Source: Tubiluchus corallicola (taxonomy: Eukaryota; Animalia; Priapulida). Taken from it: DNA of 64,000 nucleotides. The notes below the pieces were generated by a model. The model had not been told where the DNA came from and did no database searches. It worked only from the letters and a program-made list of their open reading frames with translations. Below, in pieces: positions 1-12,700 of the stretch (its first letter is position 1; every line of letters starts with the position of its first letter). A program made the position numbers and the translations under genes. The stretch lies in NCBI GenBank assembly GCA_030141605.1, contig JAQGDQ010000107.1, positions 1-64,000 on the forward strand, in the 5' to 3' direction.

Positions 1-481
1 CACACACACACATGAAGCCTTATACTTACAACAATAATAACATCAATGACTAATGAATGAAGAATGAGACAATGAAAAATTTTCATCCAATCAGAATTTG
101 AACCCAACAATGGACTGAAACATAGTGTATTTTAAATTCTTTTTCATGTAAGTAGAGCTCCTGCCAAAAGTTAAAAAGTAGACTGTCTTCAGCTTTTGTT
201 AATTGATTTCTACACATAACTGTACATATCCCATAATTCAATGGGGAGTGTGATGTATTAGCAACTTAATAGACCAAATTTGAAGTTAAATAAGTAAAAC
301 AGGACTTTATAGCAAACAAATAAACAAACATACACAAACACACTTCATAGAAATAGAGATTAATTGCAGATTTGTACAATTTGCAGCAATTTTATAGTAT
401 GTATAATAACATGAAAGCTAATGAAAAGTGCAAAACGAATGACACACGACAAACCAAATAAAAAATTATCAACATGCACAC

Positions 482-3400
482 CTGGACACAGAATCTTGAA
501 GACACACAATCATTTGTTGTATAACAGGAGCATACTCCACATCAACAATAGGTAAATCTCCAACAAGTACCTGTATTATAAAAAACATTCACATAAGATT
601 CTACAGTGTATTAAAGTTCGGACCAAAATACTTTTTACAAAGAAGAATTTAGATGACTTGACTGTTGCAAGAATGTTGATATTTTGTCGCACTGCTTTTG
701 AGAGTAATGAAGCATTCATACTAACAAATTTTCTCGCCAAGTAACTCGCAAGCACGTTCAGACTAAAGAACAAAATTCTCCAACATGAAGTAAGCACCAG
801 CTGATACTCCTCCTCTATTCACTGGGAGCCGTGTCAAGAGTAACTCGCTGAGACTGTTCACACTAAACAGGAAATCATTTCGTAGCAACTGTCTGAAAGT
901 GTGCAATGACTTGTCGATAGTAACTCGCAAAGCAGTTCACACTTGCAAGTTTGGTGTTAGAGAAAAACTCCCAACAGAAAACTCGCTAGTCTGAATGCAC
1001 CCTTAGTTTTATCATAGCGGCATTGTCTCGTATCTTTAATCTGTGGATTTCTAAATTTAATGCACAGAATGTCAGGTTAGTAATTGTGATAGTTGTTTGC
1101 TAAACTTCAACTAGTCCTATTGTAGGAGTGCTATGCAATCTAGAATCACCGAAAAGAGTGATATGATATATTTTACTATATTATGTAACAGTGCGTGTGT
1201 GTGGGTGTGTGTGTGCGCGTGCGTGCATGCACGTGTGTGTAACAGCCAGTAAAAAGAAACATTAAAGTAACAGCAAGTGCTTCACTGCCACCATTACTGT
1301 AACCCCCCACCCCCCCCCACCCCCGTCCCACCTTTGAATAGTTTCCATGTTCCTCTCATGCTGTCTCCCCTCTTCAGGCAAATTCGAAAACTGAATAGGA
1401 TTAATTAAAACACCAAAAAATTGTCATAAAAGGCAAGAAAGCCCTTTACTTACATAAAGCTAGAAAATGTGTCTTTTCTATTTACATGAGTATTGCAGGC
1501 AAGAAAGCGTAATACTAAGTAATACAAGTAAGATAATACTAAGTAATATGCCTTCAAAAAAGTCTGTGCAAAGATGCAATTTAGCTATTGGCCAAAAAAA
1601 AACAGCCCATATGATACATTTGAAAAACATGGCCAGCACACACAGTTAAAACAAGTAACGCCGGAAATTTCCTAAAATACATAAATATACCAAGGCGTCA
1701 GAATGTCTTCCAAACTGTCAACCACCTACCTGCTAAAAGCTTCAATGATAAAATTACTTACAACAAAAACCCAGGCAAACTTGTTTTACAGGTCATTCAA
1801 AACAGTAGGTACCTTTAAAAGATCTTTAACATTTTCCTTGTTAACACTAATAGTTGGATTAGCAGGAAAATCTAGCAGAATAAAATTGTCCTCTTTTTTT
1901 CTGGCAACAAGTGGTCCACTTAGCGTATCAAATGTAATCTCTGTAAATTCGTTACCTGTAATAATTTACATAGCTGTAGATATATTCACTAGCTGCCTTT
2001 TAATTTCAGACCCCCCTATCATAATGATTATCAATTTCACAAATATTTAGAGCCTAATCGTAGCATTAGTGGATTAGCAATACAATCAAATATTGCAATG
2101 CCTAATTGTAATTTCATTATTGGAATAGAATATGGTTTAGAATATGGTTAACAGGCACTATTTTCCTTTTCCAATTTTTTAAAGTGCAGATGAAAAGAAG
2201 GGAAAGCTGACAGTCTCCTAAGAAAATGCCAAATATGATGAGAACTGAAAACAGCGGAATGCTTTAAGTCCTAAAATGCAAAAAAGGCACACAATCTAAA
2301 AAAACAATAGAAGAAAAAAAGCAAAACTGCATGGAAGCTTATTTGAAGTAAACGCATTAGCACACAAATAAATTCACAGTGAATTCGTTTGGTATTAGGT
2401 TGGCAAATAAAAACTCCCTGATTTTCAAGACAACGTGAAAAATACTTAAGGGATCGACATAGAAGCCAGAGCCATACCGCTTCAGCTCAGCTCCAGTCGG
2501 TTTATTTCTACAGGCGACCTAGCAGATAAGAAACCCAGCTTTAGTCGTGCCAGCCGCTCGGTGACGGAAGTCGAGGTAGCTGACATTTTTGCCAGCTGTG
2601 AAGATTTTTGCTCTTGCGAACAAGTCACTGGCATAGCAGTGTCCAGTTTTTTTGCTAGATTACTGCTGTGTTTACCTGTTTTGAGGGCAGATTTCTTTTA
2701 TTTTAGAGTTCTGCCTGCCCAATGTCTACAATTGACATAACGGGCTTATGATGATGATGAAATCACTGGTCGCAATGCGGTCATATTGTACGTGTGCTGG
2801 CAGAGATACTAAACTTCAGAAATATTTGAATGAGAAAGCAGTCAATTCAAAATTAAATAAAATGCACAAATAGGCAACATTAGCCACACGTATTGGATCA
2901 TTTTGGTATTTTAGTATTGATTTGTTGGTAATCCAGATAAGCCTTGCCAAGGGTTGGATTTAAATTATATTTGCAATAAATCCATTGCTAGAGTTGCCAG
3001 ATTATAAGCCAGGAGATTTTTTTTAACATTGTGAGTACATAAAATATGAGAGATATAGAGAGATATATGGCATATAAAGGGGTGTGCTGTCGAATCACTT
3101 AAGCCAGTTCACAAATAAAACTATTCAAACTAACGCTAAATTGTTGCTGCAGGACATAAGAATCAAAATCTGTCATTCTTAATGGTGAACTCCAGCTGGC
3201 TGATTTACTGTGAGTGTCAGCTGATGTAGTAGCACTGACTCAGGTTCAGCTTCTAGATTTACATTTCTGTCCTGCTTAGCAAACTTACCAACACAAGAGA
3301 AAAGCACCGTGGCAGCAGCAAGAGTGGCATGACCACACAGTTGGATTTCACAGGCAGGGGTAAACCATCGCAGGCCAAACCGGGAAGAATTCTTGAACGA

Positions 3401-4399
3401 ATCGTTTTCTGTTGGCAGTGCAATGAAACAGGTTTCCGACAAGTTCATTTCGAAAGCAATTTTTTGCATTTTTGCATCGTCGATTACCTAAAATAGAATA
3501 ACCGAATGACTATATACATCACAATGTCTACAGCCATTTAATAATATAACCCAAGAAATGCAGATTACACCACAATTCAACTAATAAAAACAACACAGCC
3601 TTCGGACTGTTTGGAATAGATTTTGAACATATAACATATCTCCTGTTTTGTACAGTTCAAATAATACTCAGAATATCTATTCGAATTGCAGAAAGAAACT
3701 ACAAAGCCTCCGTAGAAACGGAAACAACAACAACAACAACAACAAAATGCATTTTCTGCATTGATACTCATTGTAATTGTCACTTAAAATTATACTAAAT
3801 CTTCATGAAAAACACCTACTATTATAATAGATCCAAATACAAACATAACTTAAAGGCACAGTCACCATTATCCTGACATTATTATGACTGATGTTATAAG
3901 TTTAATTGATTACAAATTGATTTCAGCTGTGACTAAATGGACACTTTTGTTTTCAACTAACTTGTTAAATTTGTTTCAATATTTCTAAAAATAAACCAGT
4001 GATTTTTATTATGCAAGCCTGCGATTTAAATATTATAATATAATGATTTATTTATTGTAACACAGTTAATTCATTGAGTTAATCACATAAATAAATAACA
4101 AAAACATTATCAGTTAGTAGTTAAAAACTCATATCTTTACATAAATAAGAGTGCGATTAAGACACATACATTGACTGAGTTTGTGCTACAGGACCACAAG
4201 TTATTTGCAGTGAAGAACAGTGCAATAAAAATAGCTGAAAACAAATTAAGACGAAAAGTTTGTTAATGACAGATCATCATTAATTTACCTGATTGTGTGA
4301 CACTAGACATACAGCAGCAGCATTTCCAGCAAATGCCTGGCTTGTGAAAGCATCCACCACATATAAAGGCAAAGTGCATCCCTTATTTAAACTTGTCAT
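482..4399 (-). CDS. PBLD: PBLD/PhzF-family isomerase, tandem copy A (3'-partial; exons 5-7 would lie left of the window)
   Basis: Coding exons 4289-4399 (MTSLNK...VDAFTSQAFAGNAAAVC), 3289-3487 (EMNLSETCF...FGLRWFTP.CEIQLCGHATLA), 1813-1955 (TFDTLSGPLVARK...LLDFP) and 482-570. All GT-AG with consistent phases 0,1,0,2; motifs match the PhzF/PBLD family. Confidence 0.9.
2461..2922. repeat. About 470-bp repeat shared by PBLD intron 2 and intron 5
   Basis: Visibly homologous to 11683-12163, 16848-17310, 26637-27116 and 32070-32530 (e.g. gacctagc.gataagaaac.cagctttagtcg and gctggcagagatacta). Confidence 0.85.
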
Positions 4400-4619
4400 C
4401 TTGGTCTGTTGAGTAGAAACTAATGGCAAATATGCAGCTACAAATTTTGAATATAGTATGATGTCTGTATCAAATTGCCTAATGTACATGTTAGATCATA
4501 AATCTGTACCAAAAACCTAAATACGTCAGCCTAGTTGACAGCCTCTTGGTTTTTTGTCGTTTCAAGAGCTTTATGCAATACCATAGGAAGAGGAGGTAAT
4601 CTTACTGTTAGTGTGTGCC

Positions 4620-6110
4620 CAATCCAAAGCAATTTTCTTACTTGTATTTGTCTACTACCAGGAATCTTCTTGACTGCATTATACAGATCATCATTGGATA
4701 TTCTATCAGGCGATTTAATTGCGAGTAATTTCCTATAGAGACGTCTTCGAAAAGCATCAACTGTCCTTCTGTTGCTTAACTTTTATTGTCCATAGCTCAG
4801 CAGTGTACAAAAACACAGATTCAACTAAAGTTGAAAGAATCCGGACTCTGGTTTCAAGAGAAAGTCTATTGTTATCAAAAATCATTGAGATATGTGAATA
4901 AGCAGACAATTTAAGAATTTTCCTTCTTTGTATGTGGGCATCGGTGTCTTACAAGTTACCAAGTTATTTACATCTTTTCCACGAATCATTACCGCATCTT
5001 CAATTTCAATTTTGTTCTATTGCACAAATACAATAGCGTATCATGGCAAAAAATTACAATTGCAAAAAAGTCAAAGTACAAGAAACACGAAAAACAACAA
5101 ATACAGATGCAATTATGCAACATTGCAAAACCACGAGTTTGTACAACTTACTTAAATCTAATAAGAAATTATGTGCTCTTATGAAATAAAACTTTATGCT
5201 ACAACTACAAAGTAGTAGTAAAAACACAAAACCTAAATAATTAATATAATCACAAACGAGATTAAATTACACAATCACAGCACAAGGTTTATCCAGCACT
5301 CACAGATTACCACCAAGATATAACTGCCTTTTTTATCACATTCATTTAAGCAGTTTCCAAAGTGAATAAGGTCTTCTGGGTTTGCAATTAGAAAAAAACC
5401 ACATTACTGAGTATATGTTACCTTTTTGCAAAGATATATTTATGCTCATATTTTTGTCTAATATCTTTATACAAAAGACAAGTAAAAAGGTAATATAATT
5501 TGTTTTCTACTAATTTTGAGCTATTGTTGTGACAGTATTGACAAAGCCTTTCACGCCCTTTTTTATTTTGATATCTAAATCATTCTATTTCCAGGTCATA
5601 TTCGCTGTTACGTAATTTCGTAATCATTTGTCGCTGTTTCTCATTAGAAATAATTTTGAAATAATCTTCTAATTCATTACTGATTTTTACATATCTATAA
5701 AATCTTAGTTTGTTTTTGCCATCACTGTGTCTAGGATCATTATGTAGCTTTGTAAAAAATAGTTTTCTGTACATTGATTTAAGTTTATTACAAAATTCTT
5801 TTAATATGCAATTCAGATGCATTTTATCAATTTCATCTACACCACATGTTTGAAATCCTGGAAAATTTGCCCAATTTGTATAAAGCTGTTTCACTTCTTC
5901 ATGAGACTGGTAACTATACACATTTTTAAATAATGTATTCCTTGACTTTATCTGTGTCATTAAAAGATATTTAGGAAGAATTGTTGATGTTTAAATTAGC
6001 AGTGGGTATAACGTATTCTTTGGTCTTTGTATTGTTCACTTTAAGATTATATTTTTCTATACGATGAGTGTTGTACATTTTACATCTTGCAGTTCCTCAA
6101 CTTCCTCTAT
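4620..6110 (-). mobile_element. Decayed RTE-like LINE remnant interrupted by a second LINE fragment (duplicate at about 19007-20500)
   Basis: 4620-5000 and 6010-6110 align to the decayed RT at 37090-37650; the intervening 5003-6005 is absent there. Confidence 0.65.
5418..5960 (-). mobile_element. 3' fragment of CR1/L2/Crack-like LINE ORF2
   Basis: KLRFYRY..K...LEDYF...RQMITKLRNSEY.LEIE(R.RY)...ERLCQYC...FTC..Y...R resembles the typical ORF2 C-terminus with a degenerate zinc knuckle; interrupted by a stop in this copy. Confidence 0.7.
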
Positions 6111-6299
6111 GTCATGTCGCTGCAGTTGCGGTTCTCCAGTAAGCACATGTTGTTTCGTTGTTTCCTCGGTGTTAACTCTATCTGGTTAGATAGGCACAAA
6201 GGAATATTATCGCGCAAGACACAAGTAACGTAATCAGCATTGATGTTAATCAACCATTTATGACTGTTACTATTTTGGCTAAATTCCCAGCACGACACC

Positions 6300-7020
6300 T
6301 CTTCTTTTTCTTGTTTCCATTGCTATTTGAACAAATTCCACCTACTGCTTTGCTATTTGTGCATCTTCTGACTCAATCAGACTTTGGAAATTTACTTCTG
6401 TAGTTGGTAGCACATTTCTTATAACCGTCTGAATAGATCCTCTGTCTTTACCACATAGCGGACACCATATATCTCCTTTAAACTTACTTCTATAATTACA
6501 TTTTAGTGGTAGCATATTAAGCTTTATCTCTAAAACCCTTTTTGTCTGTTCTAGTGTTAACTCAGTTATATACTGCTTGGGTTTATCATGCTCAGCTCAT
6601 AAGATAAGAACCTTAACTTAGTTCTTGAGTATATCTGGTGATGTGCAGTAATTTTAATAATTTTTTTACGTTTTCTTTTACACGTTTCTTCCAGGCTGAC
6701 TTTTTAAGAGTCTTTATATGTACAAACTGTATACCTACAGCATATACTTATGTACAATGTTCTATTAGCATACCCCTATAACTAGTTGACACCTTCTGTG
6801 ATAATACTAGTTTTTGTAACATATCCTTCTGAATTTCTTCCATCCTACCCATTTCTACTTTTGTTACTTCACTCCATGTTTCTGTATTATAAATCACTGG
6901 TATCATAACTGACTGTAAGAGGTTCAGCCTTATCTGTATTGCAAACCTACCAATTTTGTTTATATCACTCAAATTTAAAATATCCCTCACGATGCATCCC
7001 ACTTTTTCACACATCCCACA
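6300..7020 (-). mobile_element. Decayed LINE RT C-terminal fragment (duplicate at about 20690-21410)
   Basis: RLNLLQSVMIP.IYNTETWS......MEEIQ..ML resembles the post-RT thumb region of non-LTR elements; absent from the matching position near 39770. Confidence 0.55.
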
Positions 7021-9737
7021 ACGGGATATCTTCAACAGGAAAACCGATCGTTTGGCAACGCGTTGACAGCGTATTTACGACGACTCTCATATCAGACACC
7101 ACACACCACAAAAGTATTAACAATGTTAATTTTTTTAACGATAAATTGCTGTGATTGTTCATTTATTAATTTTAGCAAGACTTAAATAATTGCTTGCATA
7201 GTAGGTGAGCATTTCTCTTATTTGTCAATAAGCAGCCTAATACGAAAAAACTTTACCATAAATATGTATTATGCACATAAACAGACACCTAAAATGAGAT
7301 TAAATAAAGTAGAATGTTAACAAACTACCACTTCTTCTGTAAAAAAACAAAACAAATTGCATGACTGTATAACAAAAATCACAACAAATTACGGAAAAAT
7401 AACATCAGCTAACAACAAAAAGAGGCTGTGATTAAGTAAAGTGCATGAAGGAAACAGTGAAAGTGCATTTGATAAGTCACATCAAATGAGACAGCAACAA
7501 GATTTATCAACTTTTTGACTTTTTCCAATTTTTATTTATTATACAATGAGTAGCATCACCTGCACTTAGTATGATATCTTATGAGTTCACTTGTTCATTT
7601 CTATACATTGTGGTACTCTGTCAACTGGTAATAGTAAATCATTTTATCGTACAGTTATTGTAAGCTATTATATAGAAAACTCCCACATGTAGCTGTTCTT
7701 ACTGTTGAGACAGACCTCATGCAACAATTTAAGTGTTCTTAGAGATTGTGTACATGCGAGTTTGATGTGACAAGAGAAACAAGCAAGATTCTAGCATATT
7801 ACTGGCTGCATATTGTTTGCAAATTAAAGTTTTTATTAAATAAAATATGCAGTAATATAACTTTTGATCACTGACTTCCAGAAATCTTAAGTGTGTGGCA
7901 ATGAGCTATTCTGATAAATTGATATTGCTTCATGATATCTAACATATACAACATTAGAATTGTACTATAAAATGCCCCCTTATTCTTGCCAGGAATTTAA
8001 ACATATAAGGAACTGCATTTTCTGCTTTGAGTTCATTTATTGTAACACAGAAACATAGTTAAAGTTTAAATAAACAAGAATAATCTCATTAAAGAAACGA
8101 AAATAATTTCATTTTAATTATTCAATCCACGATTTATACAGCTATAAATATGACTGTAATCAAAAAGTATAGCTTAGTGCATCTGTAACTTGGTAATCTG
8201 CTTTAAGCAGAAACCTGTTAACTTATTTCCTATCCTGTTTCATCCTGTTTACAAAAAATATAATTTCATCTTAATGTGGACTTGGTCCACGATTTATAAA
8301 GCCACAAAAATTACTGTAATCAAATAACACAGCAGTAACTTGATAATCCACTTTAAGCAGAAACGTATTAACTCATTTGGCACAATTAACAAAATAATGC
8401 TGTATTTTCATTCAAATATAGAAACTGCATGGCGCATATAACCACCATTATTATAGTCCTAAGCCGCTTTAAGCGAGAACAAGATAATTTATTTGGCACA
8501 ATTGATAAAATATTACTCAATCCTCTACCCTAATAAAGGAACAATGTGGCACATTTAAATTCTAAAATATAAAACCTACAATAATTAACTTCAGAAATGG
8601 GCAAAAAAGGCAAGGTCAACTTTGGTCCATAAGTAAAACTTCCCAAATGCATAACAATAGTGGTGTAGTTCTAGCTGGTATATAGAGAAAAGATAGTGTA
8701 TATCAACAACAACAAAAACGTCCATCCCACTTAGTGCATAGAACATAAAATAATATTTCTATTAAAACTGCACATAATCCTTTGACTAAAATTGTAAAAT
8801 TATTATAGGGAACAACACTATTTCAGAATTCCACTCAGTCCATTACATGCTAAAAGCTTATTTTAATTTTCCCTTAAAAGGAGCATTTCTAAATAAAAAC
8901 ATAAAAATGATAAAATAATCACTGATCATAAGAGAACATTATACACCATTCTATTTTCCCTTAAAGGAACTCTTTTTTATATTAACTACACACTGCTACA
9001 GTCTACCTTCGTTCTATTTTCTAGCACTTACCTGACATGAAAATGATAAACAGGGTTGCTTTTTATATGAAATTTATTCGAATATACGATAATTTGATGC
9101 TTCATACCATACAAAAAAACAGACTGTATGATAACAGATAATTACAGGATAATTTAGATATGAAAATACATTACTGCTTACCGTGGAAATGTAAATAAAT
9201 TTTGATTTTGTTGTAGTTCAAACCATGCTGGTTGCAAATTAGTGGTAACAGTTTTCAGAAAACAGCAGTAATTTCAAAAGAGAGTAGTTTAACAAACGGT
9301 AAAAATTAAAGAATAAATTTTATATTACGAAATTTTTTATCAGTCATAGGATCTGTGGAATGGTTTACCTCAAAGGGAAGCAGTTACAGTTAATCAGTTT
9401 AAAGGGGCCATTCATAGTTGTCAAATGGCCATGATGACAACGATCAGGCTTCGTTCTGCACATGCAGGAATTAGCAACATTCTATTGTGTTTTGATAAAC
9501 TTAATTTTACACTTGCTAATGGTACTTTTTGGTGTTATGGTTACTTATTAAATGCATAATTATACAATGATAATAATAATTTGCTGCAAATACACAGTAA
9601 TTTTGAATTTTGCATGAAAATGCGATAATATGGTGGAAAATACTATAATTTTTAGCCTCCAAAACAATAATCTTTATCAACCAGAATGGCAACACTGTGA
9701 TAAAGCAATCAGATTAAGTACGATTCCATGATTTAGA

Positions 9738-12700
9738 CTACAAATGGATCTTTCCTTCTATAATGACTACAGACTTGCCTCCAATCTCGACTCTTTTGTC
9801 TTCTCGTACATTCACGTAGACATCTCCTCCTCTTTTTGAGCACTGACGAGCTACAAAAACGCACAAAGCACATGACAAAATAACAACTTTGCAACTTTAC
9901 TTTGGTATTGTTCATAAGAAACAAAGAGATGATTTCAACAAGCGAAATAAAAATCAATGATGCACCCACCTATTCATTCATTCATTCATTCAATCAATCA
10001 TTACATTCATTCACGGAAATTTATTAGGCCTATATATTTACTTACTTGTTTATGTTTTATATTTATTTGCAAATGAGGCAATATGGTGATATGAAACTGC
10101 ACATGAAACTGAATTTAGATCAATAAATGAACCTCCAAAGCAAAATTATAATGTCATGCAAGTGAAACAGCTTCAGCACCTAAATTCAGCCCGAAAATCA
10201 ACTTGTGCAAGTCACAATTAATAACATATTTGTTTTGGTATACATTTATCAAAAGTAAAATACATGCAAAAACCAAAAGCCCTAAAATCACGTAGAATTG
10301 TGTACAAGAATAATAATCCCTTTACAGATCATTTTTATATATCTACCAAGAATGTTTAGAACATATATATATAGGTCCATCGTCTGGAAAATAAGTAAGA
10401 GAGTGTGCATATGCATTAAAACCTACAAAACTATCAAATCTTTAAACTTTTTGCTGAAAATTGTCTTAAAATCTCTAAATCTCTTGTTTTTTAATTACTA
10501 ACAAAAATTATTTTTCATTGTATTAATTATTTATACTAAAACTACATTGCTGTATAAAAATTTTTATACGAATAAAAGATTATTATTAATAATAATACAA
10601 ATGTGCAAAAACAGCAAATTTCAAATGATGCAGAACTCACAGTCGAAGACATATATGTACATAGCAGATGTGCTATGTAGCCAAGGAAATAAGGTCAAAC
10701 TCAGTTCACACATATTCCTGGAGCTGTGCTGGGCCCTGCTAGCTGTCTAAACGTACTAGACTAAGCGATAATACACTTCGCCAGAGTTTAAATGGAGTGC
10801 TAGATATTAATGATAAATATGTATGTCAAATAGGCATAAGCCAGTTCAAAAAATAGACATAATAGTACATCATGGAGGCGGTAAAAGGGTTAAGCAAGAT
10901 ACTGTTCCGGTAACATATGCTGCACAAGTCTATGTGATATGGTATTGCAGGGCAGTAATTATACTTTGTGACTGGCCACTAAAAATATATATTGTTCAAA
11001 ATAACAATTATATTTTCTAGCATTCTGTAATTTTTTGTGAAAAATTGTGTCAATTAAGATACAGTTATTTACAATGGCTGGAAATTTTCATTTTTTAACC
11101 TTTCGAGGACTTTACACACATTGAATTACAGTGTGCTGCACAATATTAAGTAAATCGAACCTATATCGCTCTTTGTCAGCATGGTAATAATCTTGCACAG
11201 AATTTAAATTGAGATCTACTGACATACTGAAAAACACACAAAATCAGATCATAAACGAATAAGCATCATAAGTTAAATTACAATAAACGTCATAAAGCAC
11301 CAAATTATCCTACCTTGAAAAGTTGATTTTCCCAGCACTTTTTGCCAGTAACAACCAAATACAGTGTGAGCCGACCCTAACATAGTCAGAAATTAGTTGA
11401 AGATTACTGGCATCAAACATTGCAAACTTTAAACATGCAAACATAATGAATTAAGATAGGCTTTTCATGTTTTTGAAAAAAACATTTCATGTTTTTGAAA
11501 ATCAGGCCTACAATGTATACTTTATTCACTGGAACTATTACCACATTAGTCCTTCTGCACTAGAACAGAAAAACCATAAAACTGGCAACTCCTTCAGTGA
11601 CATAGTGATTTTCAGTCAGACTTAAGACAGAAAATGTAAGACTAAAACAGAACAAAACTAAAACTAATCTTCATCTTAAAACTAGAGGCCAGAGCCATGT
11701 CGTTTCAGCTGAACTCCAGGCAATTCACTTCTACAGTCGACCTAGCCGATAAGAAACGCAGCTTTAGTCGCGCCAGCTGCTCAGAGATGGAAGTGGAGCC
11801 AGCCGACATTTTTGCCAGCTGCGAAGATTTTAGCTCTTGCGAACAAGCCACTGCCATAGCAGTGTCTAGTTTTTGCTGGATTACTGCTGTGTTTACCTGT
11901 CTTGAGGGTAGATTTCTTTTATTTTAGAGTTCTGCCTACGCAATGTCTACAACTGACATAACGGGCATGTGATGATGACGAAATCACTGGGTGAAATATG
12001 GCAAATGCAGTATGGATTCGTGGTCATACTGTGTGCGTGTGCTGGCAGAGATACTAACTTTGAAAAATTTTTTAATGAGAAAGCAGTCAATTCAAAATTA
12101 AACACACAAATATGCAACGTTAGACACACGTGTGGGATCATTTTAGTGTTTTGGTATTGATTTGGGCACCCTTGCAGTTTAGGTGGTTCTCTTCACACCC
12201 TACAACTTTCCTGTATCAGTCCCACTGCCGATACTCTATCTGTTTTCCACTCCAAACCTTGCCTGTGTCTTTCGCCCCGGTTACAAAAGAACACCAGTAG
12301 ATACGCCACTTACTGGCAAACATAGACACTGCAAAATGGAGCACATCGAGAACATTCCCCAGAAGCTCTTTTTAACTTTTTACTCAGCTAGCTAATTTAC
12401 TGTGTGAGTCAGCTGGTGTGGTAGCAACTGACGGTTGAATAATAAACATAATTTCTTTTGTTTAGCTTTACTTTAAAGCAAAGATAATTATAATTAATTC
12501 ATATATTTAAATAGTATGTCCATTCATTCTTACATAAACAATGCACATTGTTTACCACAAACTGGATCTTCAAGCAGTCCATCCCAGGGAAAAAAACAGC
12601 GGGAATAAAAGTCGTAGCCGGAGTCGGCCGGAGCTTTAACCGTCAAGTGGACACCGTGCAGTTTCATCTGGGACGTGTTAGCTGCAGGAAGAGCAAAACT

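Noticed and set aside
740-1005. Possible Harbinger-like MITE end (GGGTGCATTCAGACT) with actcgc subrepeats
   Set aside because: Second terminus and TSD could not be identified.
1703-2050. 115-aa plus-strand ORF present in all three units
   Set aside because: Antisense shadow of PBLD exon 3; conserved only because of the duplication.
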